64,000 nucleotides of DNA from Proteobacteria bacterium CG1_02_64_396 (GCA_001872725.1 MNWR01000017.1:1982-65981), one strand, 5' to 3'. Shown: positions 28,243 through 38,600, counted from the first letter of the stretch. Made by a program: numbers and translations. The notes: generated from the sequence alone by a model not told the origin.

Positions 28243-28823
28243 GCACTGATCTCCAAATCGGGAACACTGATGGCCGAAAGGGCCATGGCCACGGCGGAGC
28301 GCACATCCTCGGGGCGTCGAGGATCGGCGCAGATCAAAGGGGCCAAGGGGTTGAACTGGGCAAGCACGTTGTAAAAACCTTCAAGCTGCTCCTCCTCCAC
28401 CGGCTCGGTCATACGGGTCACCGCCACCGAGAGAACCTCGGGGGCGATGTAGCGGCGCAGAACCTCAAGCCAGATTCCCAAGTCGCGTTCGGCCTGGGGG
28501 GCATCGCCGTAGACCCACAACACCACGGCAACGGCGCTGGGCAGGAAGGTTTGCCACATGGCGTCGAAGCGGTATTGCCCCGGTAGACCGAAGAGGGCAA
28601 TACGCTGTTTTTCATCGAGCTTGATCTCACCGTAATCGAACCCGACGGTGGTCCTGGCTTTTTCGGGGTTGGCCTTGTGGCGCTCGGCGGTGAAAACGTC
28701 GGTATCGACCACGGCAATATCTGAAATCGCACGCAGGGCGGTGGTTTTGCCCACCCCAAAGGGGCCGACGAAGACAACCCGGCGCTCGTGGTTATGGCCT
28801 AACTGCACGGTATCGATGGTCAT
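28239..28823 (-). CDS. MglA-like small Ras-superfamily GTPase (COG2229-type ATP/GTP-binding protein)
   Basis: 194 aa with P-loop GPFGVGKTT and switch II LFGLPGQYRF (PGQ as in MglA). There is no canonical NKxD. It has ATGA overlaps with both neighbours. Confidence 0.75.
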   Translation of the reverse strand: MTIDTVQLGHNHERRVVFVGPFGVGKTTALRAISDIAVVDTDVFTAERHKANPEKARTTVGFDYGEIKLDEKQRIALFGLPGQYRFDAMWQTFLPSAVAVVLWVYGDAPQAERDLGIWLEVLRRYIAPEVLSVAVTRMTEPVEEEQLEGFYNVLAQFNPLAPLICADPRRPEDVRSAVAMALSAISVPDLEISA

Positions 28824-29569
28824 TGGAATTTGTTGAGAAAGCGTTGGAAGAGACTGGGACCGGCCGAGTCGGAACGCACCACGCCCCCGGAGGCCCCGCC
28901 CCCATCCGAGCGAATCTGCAACGTGCCCCCCTTATGGGTGTCGGCGAGCAGGCGGTCGAGCATCTGGGCATCCCCCACGAATGCGGTCAGCTCCTCGTGC
29001 GGGACATACCCCATCAGCATTTTTCGGGTGGCCGCCAGCAAACGCATTTGCGGGTCTTGGTAGCGGCTGAGATTCGGCCAGCGTTTCAGCCGTAGGTAGT
29101 TCCCCCTCCACGGCGCCCCTTGGCGCTCCGGGAGGCTCTGCGCCGGGGGGGTATCGCCCCGACTCTGAACCTGCGGCTCCGACGGGGCGGCCTGCGCACG
29201 GGGGAGGTGCTGCGTTGGGGCAGCGGTTTGGCGGCCCACATCGACACGCATCCTCAGTAGGTGCTTCACAATGAGGGTCACCCCGTTCGCGGTGACCGGT
29301 TGTTGGCAAAACACCCAGCTGCCGTCGGGAAGATCGGTCAGCTTGTGGGCCAACGCGATCTTCCTTGCCTTAAATCCCGCTGAAGGCAAAGCCTCCAGCG
29401 CCTGCCCCAGGGCCATAGTCGCATCGATCACGATCCACCCCGCCCCTTGCGGCTCACTCACCCAAACCCAAACCCCGGCGCACTGTTCCAGCAAGGTTTT
29501 GAACCGCTGGACCTGGGCCGACTCCGGATGCGGTGTCCATAAGGTTTGAATGGATGATGGGGCTGTCAT
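28820..29569 (-). CDS. Hypothetical protein (two domains joined by a Pro/Gln-rich linker)
   Basis: 249 aa with no motif I recognise. It is translationally coupled to the GTPase gene and occupies the position that DUF742/CvnC holds in conservons. Confidence 0.55.
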   Translation of the reverse strand: MTAPSSIQTLWTPHPESAQVQRFKTLLEQCAGVWVWVSEPQGAGWIVIDATMALGQALEALPSAGFKARKIALAHKLTDLPDGSWVFCQQPVTANGVTLIVKHLLRMRVDVGRQTAAPTQHLPRAQAAPSEPQVQSRGDTPPAQSLPERQGAPWRGNYLRLKRWPNLSRYQDPQMRLLAATRKMLMGYVPHEELTAFVGDAQMLDRLLADTHKGGTLQIRSDGGGASGGVVRSDSAGPSLFQRFLNKFQ

Positions 29570-29581
29570 GTCGCTTTCCCT

Positions 29582-29962
29582 TTACCGACAAGCCTTGGCT
29601 ACATCATCGAGCGCACGGGGCAGAACCACCGAAAGCAACATGCCCAGATTGGTCTTGGTGGTATCGAGCATGATCCCCTGCAACATCTCCTTGCTGTGGC
29701 GGATGATGAGCATGGTCTTGTCGGTTTCGAGGTCGAGCATGTAGAAGCGGTTGAGCGGGGGGAATTCAGTAGCCCTGTAGGCCTCTTCAAGCGCGTCGGT
29801 GATCTGGTTGAACAGGGCGACAGCGGCGGGCTGTTGGTTGATACCGGCCAACGACAGACCGTCGCGACGATTCCAAATATCGGTGGTGATGAGCCCCTCT
29901 TTAAGGAAGGACCGTACCGATTCGACGGATCGATCGAGGGCCGCAATATCGATATCGTTCAT
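29582..29962 (-). CDS. Small Roadblock/LC7-like protein (paralog 1)
   Basis: 126 aa, with DIWNRRDGLSLAG...MLIIRH...LGMLLSVVLPRA. By eye it is about 40-45% identical to the 30108..30491 product. Confidence 0.55.
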   Translation of the reverse strand: MNDIDIAALDRSVESVRSFLKEGLITTDIWNRRDGLSLAGINQQPAAVALFNQITDALEEAYRATEFPPLNRFYMLDLETDKTMLIIRHSKEMLQGIMLDTTKTNLGMLLSVVLPRALDDVAKACR

Positions 29963-29988
29963 GGCTCAAGGGCTCCTATTGGGCGGGG

Positions 29989-30102
29989 TAAAGGAAGCGC
30001 TGATTGAATGGCGCTTCCGAGCGGTCCACAGATGGGCCGCCAAAATCAGGAACGTAAGCGTGCCGATTCAGGGCAGGAGCCTTGAATCGGCACTTCCCTA
30101 AA
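29989..30102. mobile_element. MITE-like repeat family 1, copy E (minimal 114-bp form, no hairpin module)
   Basis: TAAAGGAAGCGCTGATTGAATGGCGCTTCC...CCTTGAATCGGCACTTCCCTAAAG. It lies between the two paralogous small genes. Confidence 0.75.
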
Positions 30103-30107
30103 GAGAT

Positions 30108-30491
30108 TCAGCGGCGGGCCTTGGCGACCATGGCAAGAGCGCGGGGCACGACCACCGCAAGCAGCACGCCAAGGTTCACCTTCTTGCTGTTCAGCAACAG
30201 ACCTTGCTGAATGTCCTCGCCATGAAGAATCACCATGGCAATGTGGTCATGATCGAGATCGCTCAGGTAATAGCGGCTCAGCCCGGGGAACCCGGAATGG
30301 TGCAGGGTCTCGCGCAACTCCCCGGTGATTCGGGTAAACAACGCCACTGCGGGCGACTGTCCGTAATGCCCACCCAGTGAGAGGCCATCGGGCGTCCAGA
30401 GATCGGTGGCGATAAGGGCATCCTTGAGCAGCGATTTCAGCTCCTCGATGCAAGCGTCCAATTGGGCGATATCGATTTGGATGTCCTTCAT
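30108..30491 (-). CDS. Small Roadblock/LC7-like protein (paralog 2)
   Basis: 127 aa, with DLWTPDGLSLGG...MVILHG...LGVLLAVVVPRA. Confidence 0.55.
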   Translation of the reverse strand: MKDIQIDIAQLDACIEELKSLLKDALIATDLWTPDGLSLGGHYGQSPAVALFTRITGELRETLHHSGFPGLSRYYLSDLDHDHIAMVILHGEDIQQGLLLNSKKVNLGVLLAVVVPRALAMVAKARR

Positions 30492-30933
30492 ACGCGGGTG
30501 CCTTTCCGATCATTCGGGGTGCTATGGGGTGCGACCGTCAACAACGGTCGAGTGCGCCGGAATTCGTCGATGCGTTTGGTATGGATGAACGCTGCCGACG
30601 TGGGGGAATGCTAAGAATCGAACCGCCCCGCCAACATTCGTACGAATACCTATTACCCTCTCCCCGCCGGGAAAATCCCCACCCCCCTCCGATCAAGCCG
30701 CCCGACACAGCGGCCATGGCCGCTGGACGACCTCATGGCCACTCAAACGCCTCGAAATCCGCTGGCGCCGACTACGTAGAAATACGTATTGCGCCGCCAC
30801 GCCACCGCCCGGCAGTCTTCCCCCCAACGTGATCGGAACGTATTCAACCGCGCGCACGCACGAGAACCGCCAAGGCCCCCCGCCCAGCCGAGGCGATCGG
30901 CCCAATCCTTTTCCCATGGAGGGTTTAGAACCC

Positions 30934-33900
30934 ATGCCCGCTGTTGTGACCGACCCTGCGCAGCCTGCCTCGGGCGTTCTTCCGGACGACACCTCGTTCC
31001 GCCGTCTGGTGGAAAACTCGCCCGACAACATCATCCGTTACGACACCGACGGACGGGTCTGCTACCTGAATCGAAGGCTGGCCGATTTGTTGGGGATAGA
31101 TCCCAAGGCGCATTTCGGCAAACGGATCGCCGAGATCTGGCCGGATGGACGGTATGCCGCCCTGGAGCGGGCGGTGCGGCTGGCCGCTCAAAGCGGCGAG
31201 GAATCGACCCTTGAGATCGACCACAAGGTTGGCGCGCAACACTGGGTCTATTCCGAAATTCGGGTGGTGGCCGAACGGGATGAAACGGGGGGCATCGTCG
31301 GGGTGTTGGCTTTTGGCCGGGATATCTCCGCCCCCAACCCGACCCGCTGGCGGCTGCACCATCTACTCGAAAAGATGCCCGGCATCGTCTGCGTTCTGCG
31401 CCGCTCGCCCGAGGGGCACGACAGCCTCCCTTACGTCAGTCCGGGGATCGAACCCCTCTTCGACCTCGGCGCCGAGGCGGTCCGTGAGGATGCAACGCCG
31501 TTGTACGCACGGATCCACCCCGACGACCGCCCCCTGCTGGTCGACGCCCTCACCGAGTCGCTCCAATCCCTGGCCCCTTTTCAGCTCGAATTGCGTGTCC
31601 ACGAAGCGCGCCAAGCCGAACGCTGGGTCGAGCTGCGGGCGTTGCCAACCCGAGAGGCGGACGGGGCATTCCTGTGGTACGGCATCTTGCTCGACATCAC
31701 CGAGCGCAAACGGATGAAGGGGGCGCTGGAGCGGCGCGAACGCGAATTTCGCACCCTGGCCGAGAACAACCCCGATCCCATCTTCCGCTACGACCGGGAG
31801 GGGCGGCGTCTGTACGCCAACGCGGCGGCATGCCGGATCGCGGGGCGTCCCGCCGAGACGCTGCTGGGCAAAACGCCCGAAGACGGCGCCTTACTGAACG
31901 AGGGGGAGGCGGTCAAGCTGGCGCGGGCCATCGATGGGGTGGTGCACAGTGGCACCGAGGGGCGCCTGGATCTGCACATCCCCGATGTCGGCGGTCATGG
32001 GCAAGATTTCGACGCCCTGTTGGTTCCCGAGCGGGGTCCGGGGGGGGCGGTGGAAACGGTGCTGTGCATCGGTCGCAACATCACCACCTTGCGCGAGTCC
32101 GAGCGCCAGGCGACCCGTTTTTTTACCAACATGCCGGGCTTTGCCTACACCCTGCACCGCCCCCATCAGGGGCCGCCCCGCCTCACCTACGCCAGCCCCG
32201 GCATCGAAGCGCTTACCGGCCTGAAACCGGAAGAGGTTCGCGCCGACATGGCGCCGCTGCTCGCCCTGGCCCACCCCGACGACCGATCCCGCCTCGAAGC
32301 GGCCATGGCCGAATCGGCCCGGTCCCCCGGCTCTTTTCACATTGAGGTCCGCGTGCTGCATCCGGGCCAGCCGGAGCGGTGGATCGAGGTCCGTTCCAAA
32401 GCCGAACCCCAGAGCGACGGCAGCGCCGCATGGCACGGCATCATGCTCGACATTACGCCGCGCAAAGCGGCCCAACGACAGATGGAGTTGCTGAAGCGGG
32501 CCATTGAGCAATCGGGGGAGGCGCTGTTCGTCAACGACGAGACGCTGCGCTTCGTCGAGGTCAACGAGACCGCCTGTCGCGCCCTCGGCTACACCCGCGA
32601 GGAGCTCCTCGGACTCACCCCCCTCGACATCGACCCCGACGTCACCCGTGAGGCCTGCATGGCCATGATGCGCACGGACAACCATTCCACCCAAACCCTC
32701 GAAACCCGTCACCGCACCAAAGAGGGGCGCCTCTTCCCGGTCGAGTTGAATTGCAGCGTCTTCCTCCACGATGGGGTGTGGCTCCACCTTGCCATGGCAC
32801 GCGACATCGGCGAACGCAAGGCGGCCCAGCAGCGCATGGCGTTGTTGGAGCGAGCCATCGACCAGTCGAGCGAAGCCTTTTTTTTAAGCGACGAGCATCT
32901 GCGTTTCGTCGAGGTCAACGAGGCGGCCTGCCGCGCCCTCGGCTACACCCGCGAAGAGTTGCTGGGCATGACCCCCCCCGACATCGACCCCGACATCACC
33001 CTTGAAGCCTGCTTCGCGCTCCGAGACGAGTACCAAAAAGGGTCCAAAACCTTCGAAACCCGCCATCGCAACAAAGAGGGGCATATCTTCCCGGTCGAGG
33101 TGATCGGCTCGGCTTTTATGCACGAGGGGAAGCGGTACGGCCTCACCATGGTGCGCGACATCCGCGAGCGTAAAGACCTTCAAGATCGTCTGGCCCGCAG
33201 CGAGCAGGCGTTCCGCTCCCTGACCGAAAACCTGCCCGACCACGTGGCGCGCTGGGACTGTGAGGGGCGCTACCTCTACATCAACCCCGCCCTGGAACGG
33301 CTGGTGGGAATCTCCAACGCGGCGGTGGTGGGCAAGCGGCCCTGCGAACTGGTCCCGGAAGCGGCAGAGGCCGACGGCAACATCGCCAGGGTGGTGACCC
33401 GTCGCGCACCCGAGCTGCTGACACGGGTCGCCATACCCGCGCCGGATGGCGGCTTGCGTCTGCACGATCTCAAGATGGTGCCGGAATTCGGGCCGGATGG
33501 GTCGGTGGTCAGCGTGCTGGGGTTGGGGCGCGACATGACCGAGCTCTACCGTCTGCAAGAGGAGGTCTCGGCTCGCGAGCAGGATTTTCGCAGCCTGGCC
33601 GAGAGCTCCCCCGACCACATCATCCGCTACGACCTGGAGCACCGCATTCGCTACCTCAATCGGCAGCTCATGCAACTGCTTGGGGTGAATCGTTTGGAGG
33701 AGGTGATCGGCAAACGTCCCGACGAGGTCTGGACCGACGGTCGCTTTTCCATCCTTAGCCAGGCCACCAACCGCGCCGTGGCACGGGGTAAGCTGCTCAC
33801 CCTGGAGCTACCCGTCCCCGCTGAAAACGGGTTGAAATATCATCAGATCATCGTCGTGCCGGAACGGGACGAACACGGCGCCCCGATCAGCACCCTCGTC

Positions 33901-35040
33901 TTCGGGCGCGACATCACCGCCATCCGCGAAACCGAGCGCCGCCTGCAACATTTCATCAACACCCTGCCCGGTTTGGCGTTCGCCCTGCGTATGACCCCCG
34001 ATGGCCACAGGAGTATGCCCTTCGCCAGCCCCGGCACCTTGAACCTCGGTGGCCTGACTCCCGAGGAGGTGCGCGACGATGCGGCGATCCTGTTCGATCT
34101 GATCCACCCCGACGACCGACCGCTCGTCGATCGGGCCATCGCCGCATCGGCCCAGACCTTGGGTCCGCTCTACGTCGAATTCCGCATCTGCCGTTCGGGG
34201 TTGCCCGACACTTGGGTCGAGTGTCGCTCCCTGCCCGACTTGCAACCCGACGGCGCCACCCTTTGGCACGGCATCATGCTCGACATCGACGCCCGCAAGC
34301 AGGCCGAGGCGCAGGCCCGAGCGGGGCTGGAGGAGTCCTCTCGCTTGCAGCGTCTACAAACCGCCAATGAAATGGCCACCCTTCTGGCCCACGAGATCAA
34401 TCAGCCGCTGGCCGCCATCGCCGCCTACGCCGAGGCCAGCCTGAAACAACTGAGCCGTCCCGGATCGATCCCCCATCGTCTGACCACCAACCTTGAAAAA
34501 ATCGGCCAGCAGGCTTTGCGGGCGGGCGACAGCATCCGCCACATGCGCAGCTTCATCCGTCGCGGCCACATCGACCCGGCCCCCATGAACCTGAGGACAT
34601 CCCTTAGCCGGGTCTGCGACCTGATCGCCTCCTATCCCCTGGGCGACGACATCCGGCTGGCGGTCGAGATCGAGGGGAGGCTTGTGCCGGTGTTGGGGGT
34701 GGAGGTTCAGGTAGAGCAGGTGCTGCTCAACCTGCTGCGCAATGCCTACGATGCCATTCACGGCTCGGGGGTGGCGCAGGGGACGATCCGGATACGCATC
34801 CGGCAGACCGAGCCGATGGTGCAGGTGACGGTTCAGGACAGCGGTCCCGGGGTCGACGCCCCGACCGCCGCACGACTGTTCGAGCCGTTTGCCAGCACCA
34901 AGGCGCACGGACTGGGGATGGGGCTGCGCATCAGCCGGGGTCTGATCGAGGCCCACGGCGGGCAACTCTGGGTCGAACCGCGCACCCCCGGCGGCTGTTT
35001 TCATTTCACCTTGCCGATGGTTCCCACCGATGCCGACTGA
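30934..35040 (+). CDS. Multi-PAS (about 9 PAS/PAC units) cytoplasmic sensor histidine kinase
   Basis: ORF 30829..35040. ATG 30934 has GGAGGG 10 nt upstream. WHGI(M/L)LDIT PAC signatures recur. It has H-box LAHEINQPLAAI and an ATPase domain (DSGPGV, GLGMGL). Confidence 0.9.
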   Translation: MPAVVTDPAQPASGVLPDDTSFRRLVENSPDNIIRYDTDGRVCYLNRRLADLLGIDPKAHFGKRIAEIWPDGRYAALERAVRLAAQSGEESTLEIDHKVGAQHWVYSEIRVVAERDETGGIVGVLAFGRDISAPNPTRWRLHHLLEKMPGIVCVLRRSPEGHDSLPYVSPGIEPLFDLGAEAVREDATPLYARIHPDDRPLLVDALTESLQSLAPFQLELRVHEARQAERWVELRALPTREADGAFLWYGILLDITERKRMKGALERREREFRTLAENNPDPIFRYDREGRRLYANAAACRIAGRPAETLLGKTPEDGALLNEGEAVKLARAIDGVVHSGTEGRLDLHIPDVGGHGQDFDALLVPERGPGGAVETVLCIGRNITTLRESERQATRFFTNMPGFAYTLHRPHQGPPRLTYASPGIEALTGLKPEEVRADMAPLLALAHPDDRSRLEAAMAESARSPGSFHIEVRVLHPGQPERWIEVRSKAEPQSDGSAAWHGIMLDITPRKAAQRQMELLKRAIEQSGEALFVNDETLRFVEVNETACRALGYTREELLGLTPLDIDPDVTREACMAMMRTDNHSTQTLETRHRTKEGRLFPVELNCSVFLHDGVWLHLAMARDIGERKAAQQRMALLERAIDQSSEAFFLSDEHLRFVEVNEAACRALGYTREELLGMTPPDIDPDITLEACFALRDEYQKGSKTFETRHRNKEGHIFPVEVIGSAFMHEGKRYGLTMVRDIRERKDLQDRLARSEQAFRSLTENLPDHVARWDCEGRYLYINPALERLVGISNAAVVGKRPCELVPEAAEADGNIARVVTRRAPELLTRVAIPAPDGGLRLHDLKMVPEFGPDGSVVSVLGLGRDMTELYRLQEEVSAREQDFRSLAESSPDHIIRYDLEHRIRYLNRQLMQLLGVNRLEEVIGKRPDEVWTDGRFSILSQATNRAVARGKLLTLELPVPAENGLKYHQIIVVPERDEHGAPISTLVFGRDITAIRETERRLQHFINTLPGLAFALRMTPDGHRSMPFASPGTLNLGGLTPEEVRDDAAILFDLIHPDDRPLVDRAIAASAQTLGPLYVEFRICRSGLPDTWVECRSLPDLQPDGATLWHGIMLDIDARKQAEAQARAGLEESSRLQRLQTANEMATLLAHEINQPLAAIAAYAEASLKQLSRPGSIPHRLTTNLEKIGQQALRAGDSIRHMRSFIRRGHIDPAPMNLRTSLSRVCDLIASYPLGDDIRLAVEIEGRLVPVLGVEVQVEQVLLNLLRNAYDAIHGSGVAQGTIRIRIRQTEPMVQVTVQDSGPGVDAPTAARLFEPFASTKAHGLGMGLRISRGLIEAHGGQLWVEPRTPGGCFHFTLPMVPTDAD

Positions 35041-35638
35041 ACCCTTGATTTACGTCGTGGACGACGACGACCCCCTGCGCGACGCCCTGTGCCAACTGCT
35101 CGAAATGGAGGGATTCGTGGTGCGGGACTTCGCCGACGGCCCCTCATTTTTGGCCCATGTTCAACCCGACGATACGGGCTGCCTGTTGCTGGATGTGGCC
35201 ATGCCGGGGATGGATGGCATAAGGGTCCAGCGCATCCTCAAGGAGCGGGGGTGCGATATCCCCATCCTCTTTCTCAGCGGCCACGGCGACATCCCCATGG
35301 CGGTGGAGGCGGTGCACGAGGGGGCGCTGGATTTTCTTGAAAAACCGGTCCCCGGCTTGGTGCTGATCGCACAGGTGCGCCGCGCCCTGACCTCGGATCG
35401 AAAACAACGCGTCACCCAGGCCGAAGCCCAAAAGGCGCGGCAGAGACTCGGCCTGCTCAGCCCGCGAGAACGCGAGGTCTTCGACCAGGTGGTGGAGGGG
35501 CTGTCCAACAAGGAGGTCGCCTTGCGGTTGGGCATCAGCCACCGCACGGTGGAGGTTCACCGCAACAACCTGATGCGCAAATTGCAGGCCGATAGTCTGG
35601 CGGATCTCGTCAAACTGGCGGTGCTTGGCCAAGGCTGA
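35030..35638 (+). CDS. FixJ/LuxR-family response regulator (REC + LuxR HTH)
   Basis: It has VVDDDD...LLDVAMPGMDG and a C-terminal LSPREREVF...SNKEVALRLGISHRTVEVHR. It overlaps the kinase stop by 11 nt. Confidence 0.9.
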   Translation: MPTEPLIYVVDDDDPLRDALCQLLEMEGFVVRDFADGPSFLAHVQPDDTGCLLLDVAMPGMDGIRVQRILKERGCDIPILFLSGHGDIPMAVEAVHEGALDFLEKPVPGLVLIAQVRRALTSDRKQRVTQAEAQKARQRLGLLSPREREVFDQVVEGLSNKEVALRLGISHRTVEVHRNNLMRKLQADSLADLVKLAVLGQG

Positions 35639-35683
35639 ATGGCTGTTTCTGCGAGGGCTGCCAAGGGTCGTCCAGGGTGAGGT

Positions 35684-38600
35684 TCAAACCCGGTTCGGCT
35701 TTGGCTTCGGCGCCGTGTAGTCGCCCGCCAAGTGGTATCGATTTTTGCCCAGCGCCTTGGCGCGGTACATGGCCAGGTCGGCGGCTTGGATCAATGCAGG
35801 TCCGGTGTCGCCGTCGCCGGGATAAAACGCAACGCCGATGCTGGCGGTTAGATGTTGCTCCCCCACCTCGGTGGGGATCGGTTGGGCCAAGGCGACCAGG
35901 ATTTTCTCGGCGACCTGTTGCCCCCCGAGCCCCCCTCGACCTCCCCCAACAACACGGTGAACTCGTCCCCCCCCAGGCGGCAGACGGTGTCGCTTTGGCG
36001 CACGATGCCGGTCAGTCGCCGTGCGACCTCGATCAGCACCTCGTCGCCAACCCGGTGGCCAAGGCGATCGTTGATCCCCTTGAAACCGTCCAGATCGAGA
36101 AAGAGCAGGGCGAAGGGCTCCGCGCTGCGCCGGGTGCGCTGCATCGCCTGTTCAAGCCGGTCGAGAAAAAGCCCCCGGTTGGGCAGACCGGTCAGGTGGT
36201 CGCGGTGGGCCATACGGTGCAAGGTCTCTTCGCGCGCCTTGGCCTGGGTGATGTCGGTGAAGATCCCGACATAGTGGGTGACCGCTCCGCTCTCCCCCCG
36301 CACGGCGTCGATCACCAGGTGTTTGGGGTACTCCCGCCCATCCTTGCGCCGGTCCCAGATCTCCCCCTCCCACCGCCCCTCCTCCAGCAGGGCACGCCAC
36401 ATCTTCTGGTAGAAGGTCGCGTCATGCCTGCCTGAGCGCATGATCCGCGGGTTTTGGCCCACGACCTCTTCGCGGCGGTAGCCGGTAACCCGCTCCCAGG
36501 CGGCATTGACGTCGACGATGTTGGCATCACCATCGGTAATCACCACCGCCTCGCTGGTCCGCTCGAAAACCTTGGCTGCCAGAATCGCCTGATCGACCCG
36601 CTTGCGCTGACTCAAATCGGAGGCGAAGGCGACGTAACCCTCCAGCCGCCCCTCCTGGTGCAACGGCGAAATACTCAGCAGCAGCTCGACCGTATGGCCT
36701 TGTCGGTGCCAGGCGGTCATCTCGATCTCGCGCTGCGGAATTTGGTCGGGGTGGCGGCGCCAGTACCGCAAGAGCCCCCAGTGTTCCTTGGCCGTATACC
36801 GAATCGCCCGCTTCCCCAGCACCTCATGGCGGCGATAGCCCAGGATGCGCAGCATGGCGTCGTTGACCTCGACGATGCGCAGCCCCGGATCAACCACCAC
36901 GAACCCCTCGTTGCTGGTGGCGATGATGTTGCGGTAGCGGGCCTCGGCCTGTTCCAACGCCTGGGCCATCTCTTTCTGGGTGGTGATGTCCTCGATCAAA
37001 GCCAACACCACCCCCTCCCCCTCCTCGCGCAGCCTACGCACCACCAGCCTGGCCCACACGGTACGACCGTCCCGGCCCAGGTACCTTTTTTCAAGGGTGT
37101 AATCGTCGATCTCCCCGGCAATGAAACGGCGGTAGAGCTCGAAATTCATGGCACTGTCTTCGGGGTGGGTGATCGCCAGGAAGGTCCAGCCCACCATCTG
37201 CTGCGGGGTGTAGCCGAGCATTCCGGCAAAGGCGGGGTTCACTGCCAAAAAGCGCCCATCCCGGGCCGTCACCACCATGCCGATGCCGCTTTGTTCGAAA
37301 ACGGCGCGGAAGCGGTTTTCGCTGTGGGCCAGATCGCGGGTGGCGTCGTGGCGGGCCACCACCGCCCCGATCAACCCGGCATGGGCCTGAAGCGCCTCGA
37401 TCTCCCCGGCGCGCCAACGGCGGGGGGCACCACTGGCCAGGCCGAGGAAGCCCCACCACCCTTGTGCGGTGGCGATGGGGACCAGCAGCAGCGATTCGAT
37501 CCCATGGGGTTCGAGCACCGCCCACTCCGAGGGGGTGAAGTGGATCCGGTCGCGGATCAACACCCCTTCGTGGCACAGCGCCCCCTTCCACCAGCGCAGC
37601 CCTAAGCCATCCAGGGCGACATGGCGGCTCGACATCCCCTCGCCCATGCGCCAGAAGTGCATCAAGGGGGGAGCCTCGCTGTAGAGGTAAACCTGGGGAG
37701 CCTCGGCCGCCTGCCCCAGGTGTTCGAGCACCACGGCCACCCTCGCGCCCCAAGGGTCGGCCAGCAGGAATTGCTCGGCGGTGAAGGCCAGACAGGCGAG
37801 CAACTCGTCCTTGCGGTGCAGCTCCCCCTCCAGGCTCAGTCGCCGGGTGATGTCGGTCCCGACCCCCCCCAACCGCGCACCCCCCTCCCGGTCGCCGTCG
37901 AGCGGAAAACGGACCGTCAGGTAGGTGCGGCGCCCGCCGTTGTGGCCCAGCACCTCTTCGAACACCTGGGGCGATCCGGCCGCCAGGGTTTGCCGGTCGT
38001 GCTCCTCCAACACCTGCCACACCGATTGAGACCACAACTGACGGTCCACCTTACCGATCAACGCCCCCGGTTCGATTCCCGCCTGTTCGGCAAGCACCCG
38101 ATTGCCGAGCAGATACCTCCCCTGTTCGTCCTTCAAAAAGACCATGATCGGGCTGTGTTCCAGGATCGTGACCAGCAGATCCTCCTGCTCCTGGGCGCGG
38201 GCCCGCTCACGTCCCAAATGCTCGACCAGAACATCGAAGGCCCGCCCCATCCGGGCCAGCTCGTCCTGCCCCGACAGCTTGAGTTGCACCGAATAATCAC
38301 CCGCCGCCAACTGCGCCTCGGCGGAGCGAAGCAGGTTCATACGTGGGGCGACGGCGCGGTGGAGCAACCACCACATCCCCCAACCGAGCAGCAACAAGGG
38401 GATCGATCCGTACAACACCTGGCGTTCAACCTCGGACAACACCGTGCCACGTACCGTGCTTAGATCCTCGACCACCAGCAGCCGTCCCACGCTCGAATCG
38501 CCGAGGGAAACCGCCAGAGCACCCAACAGATAGGGGGAGGAGAACCGGGTTTGCAGAAGATCGGGACCGAGGGGAGGAAACGCGGTTGAGGGTACCGGCA

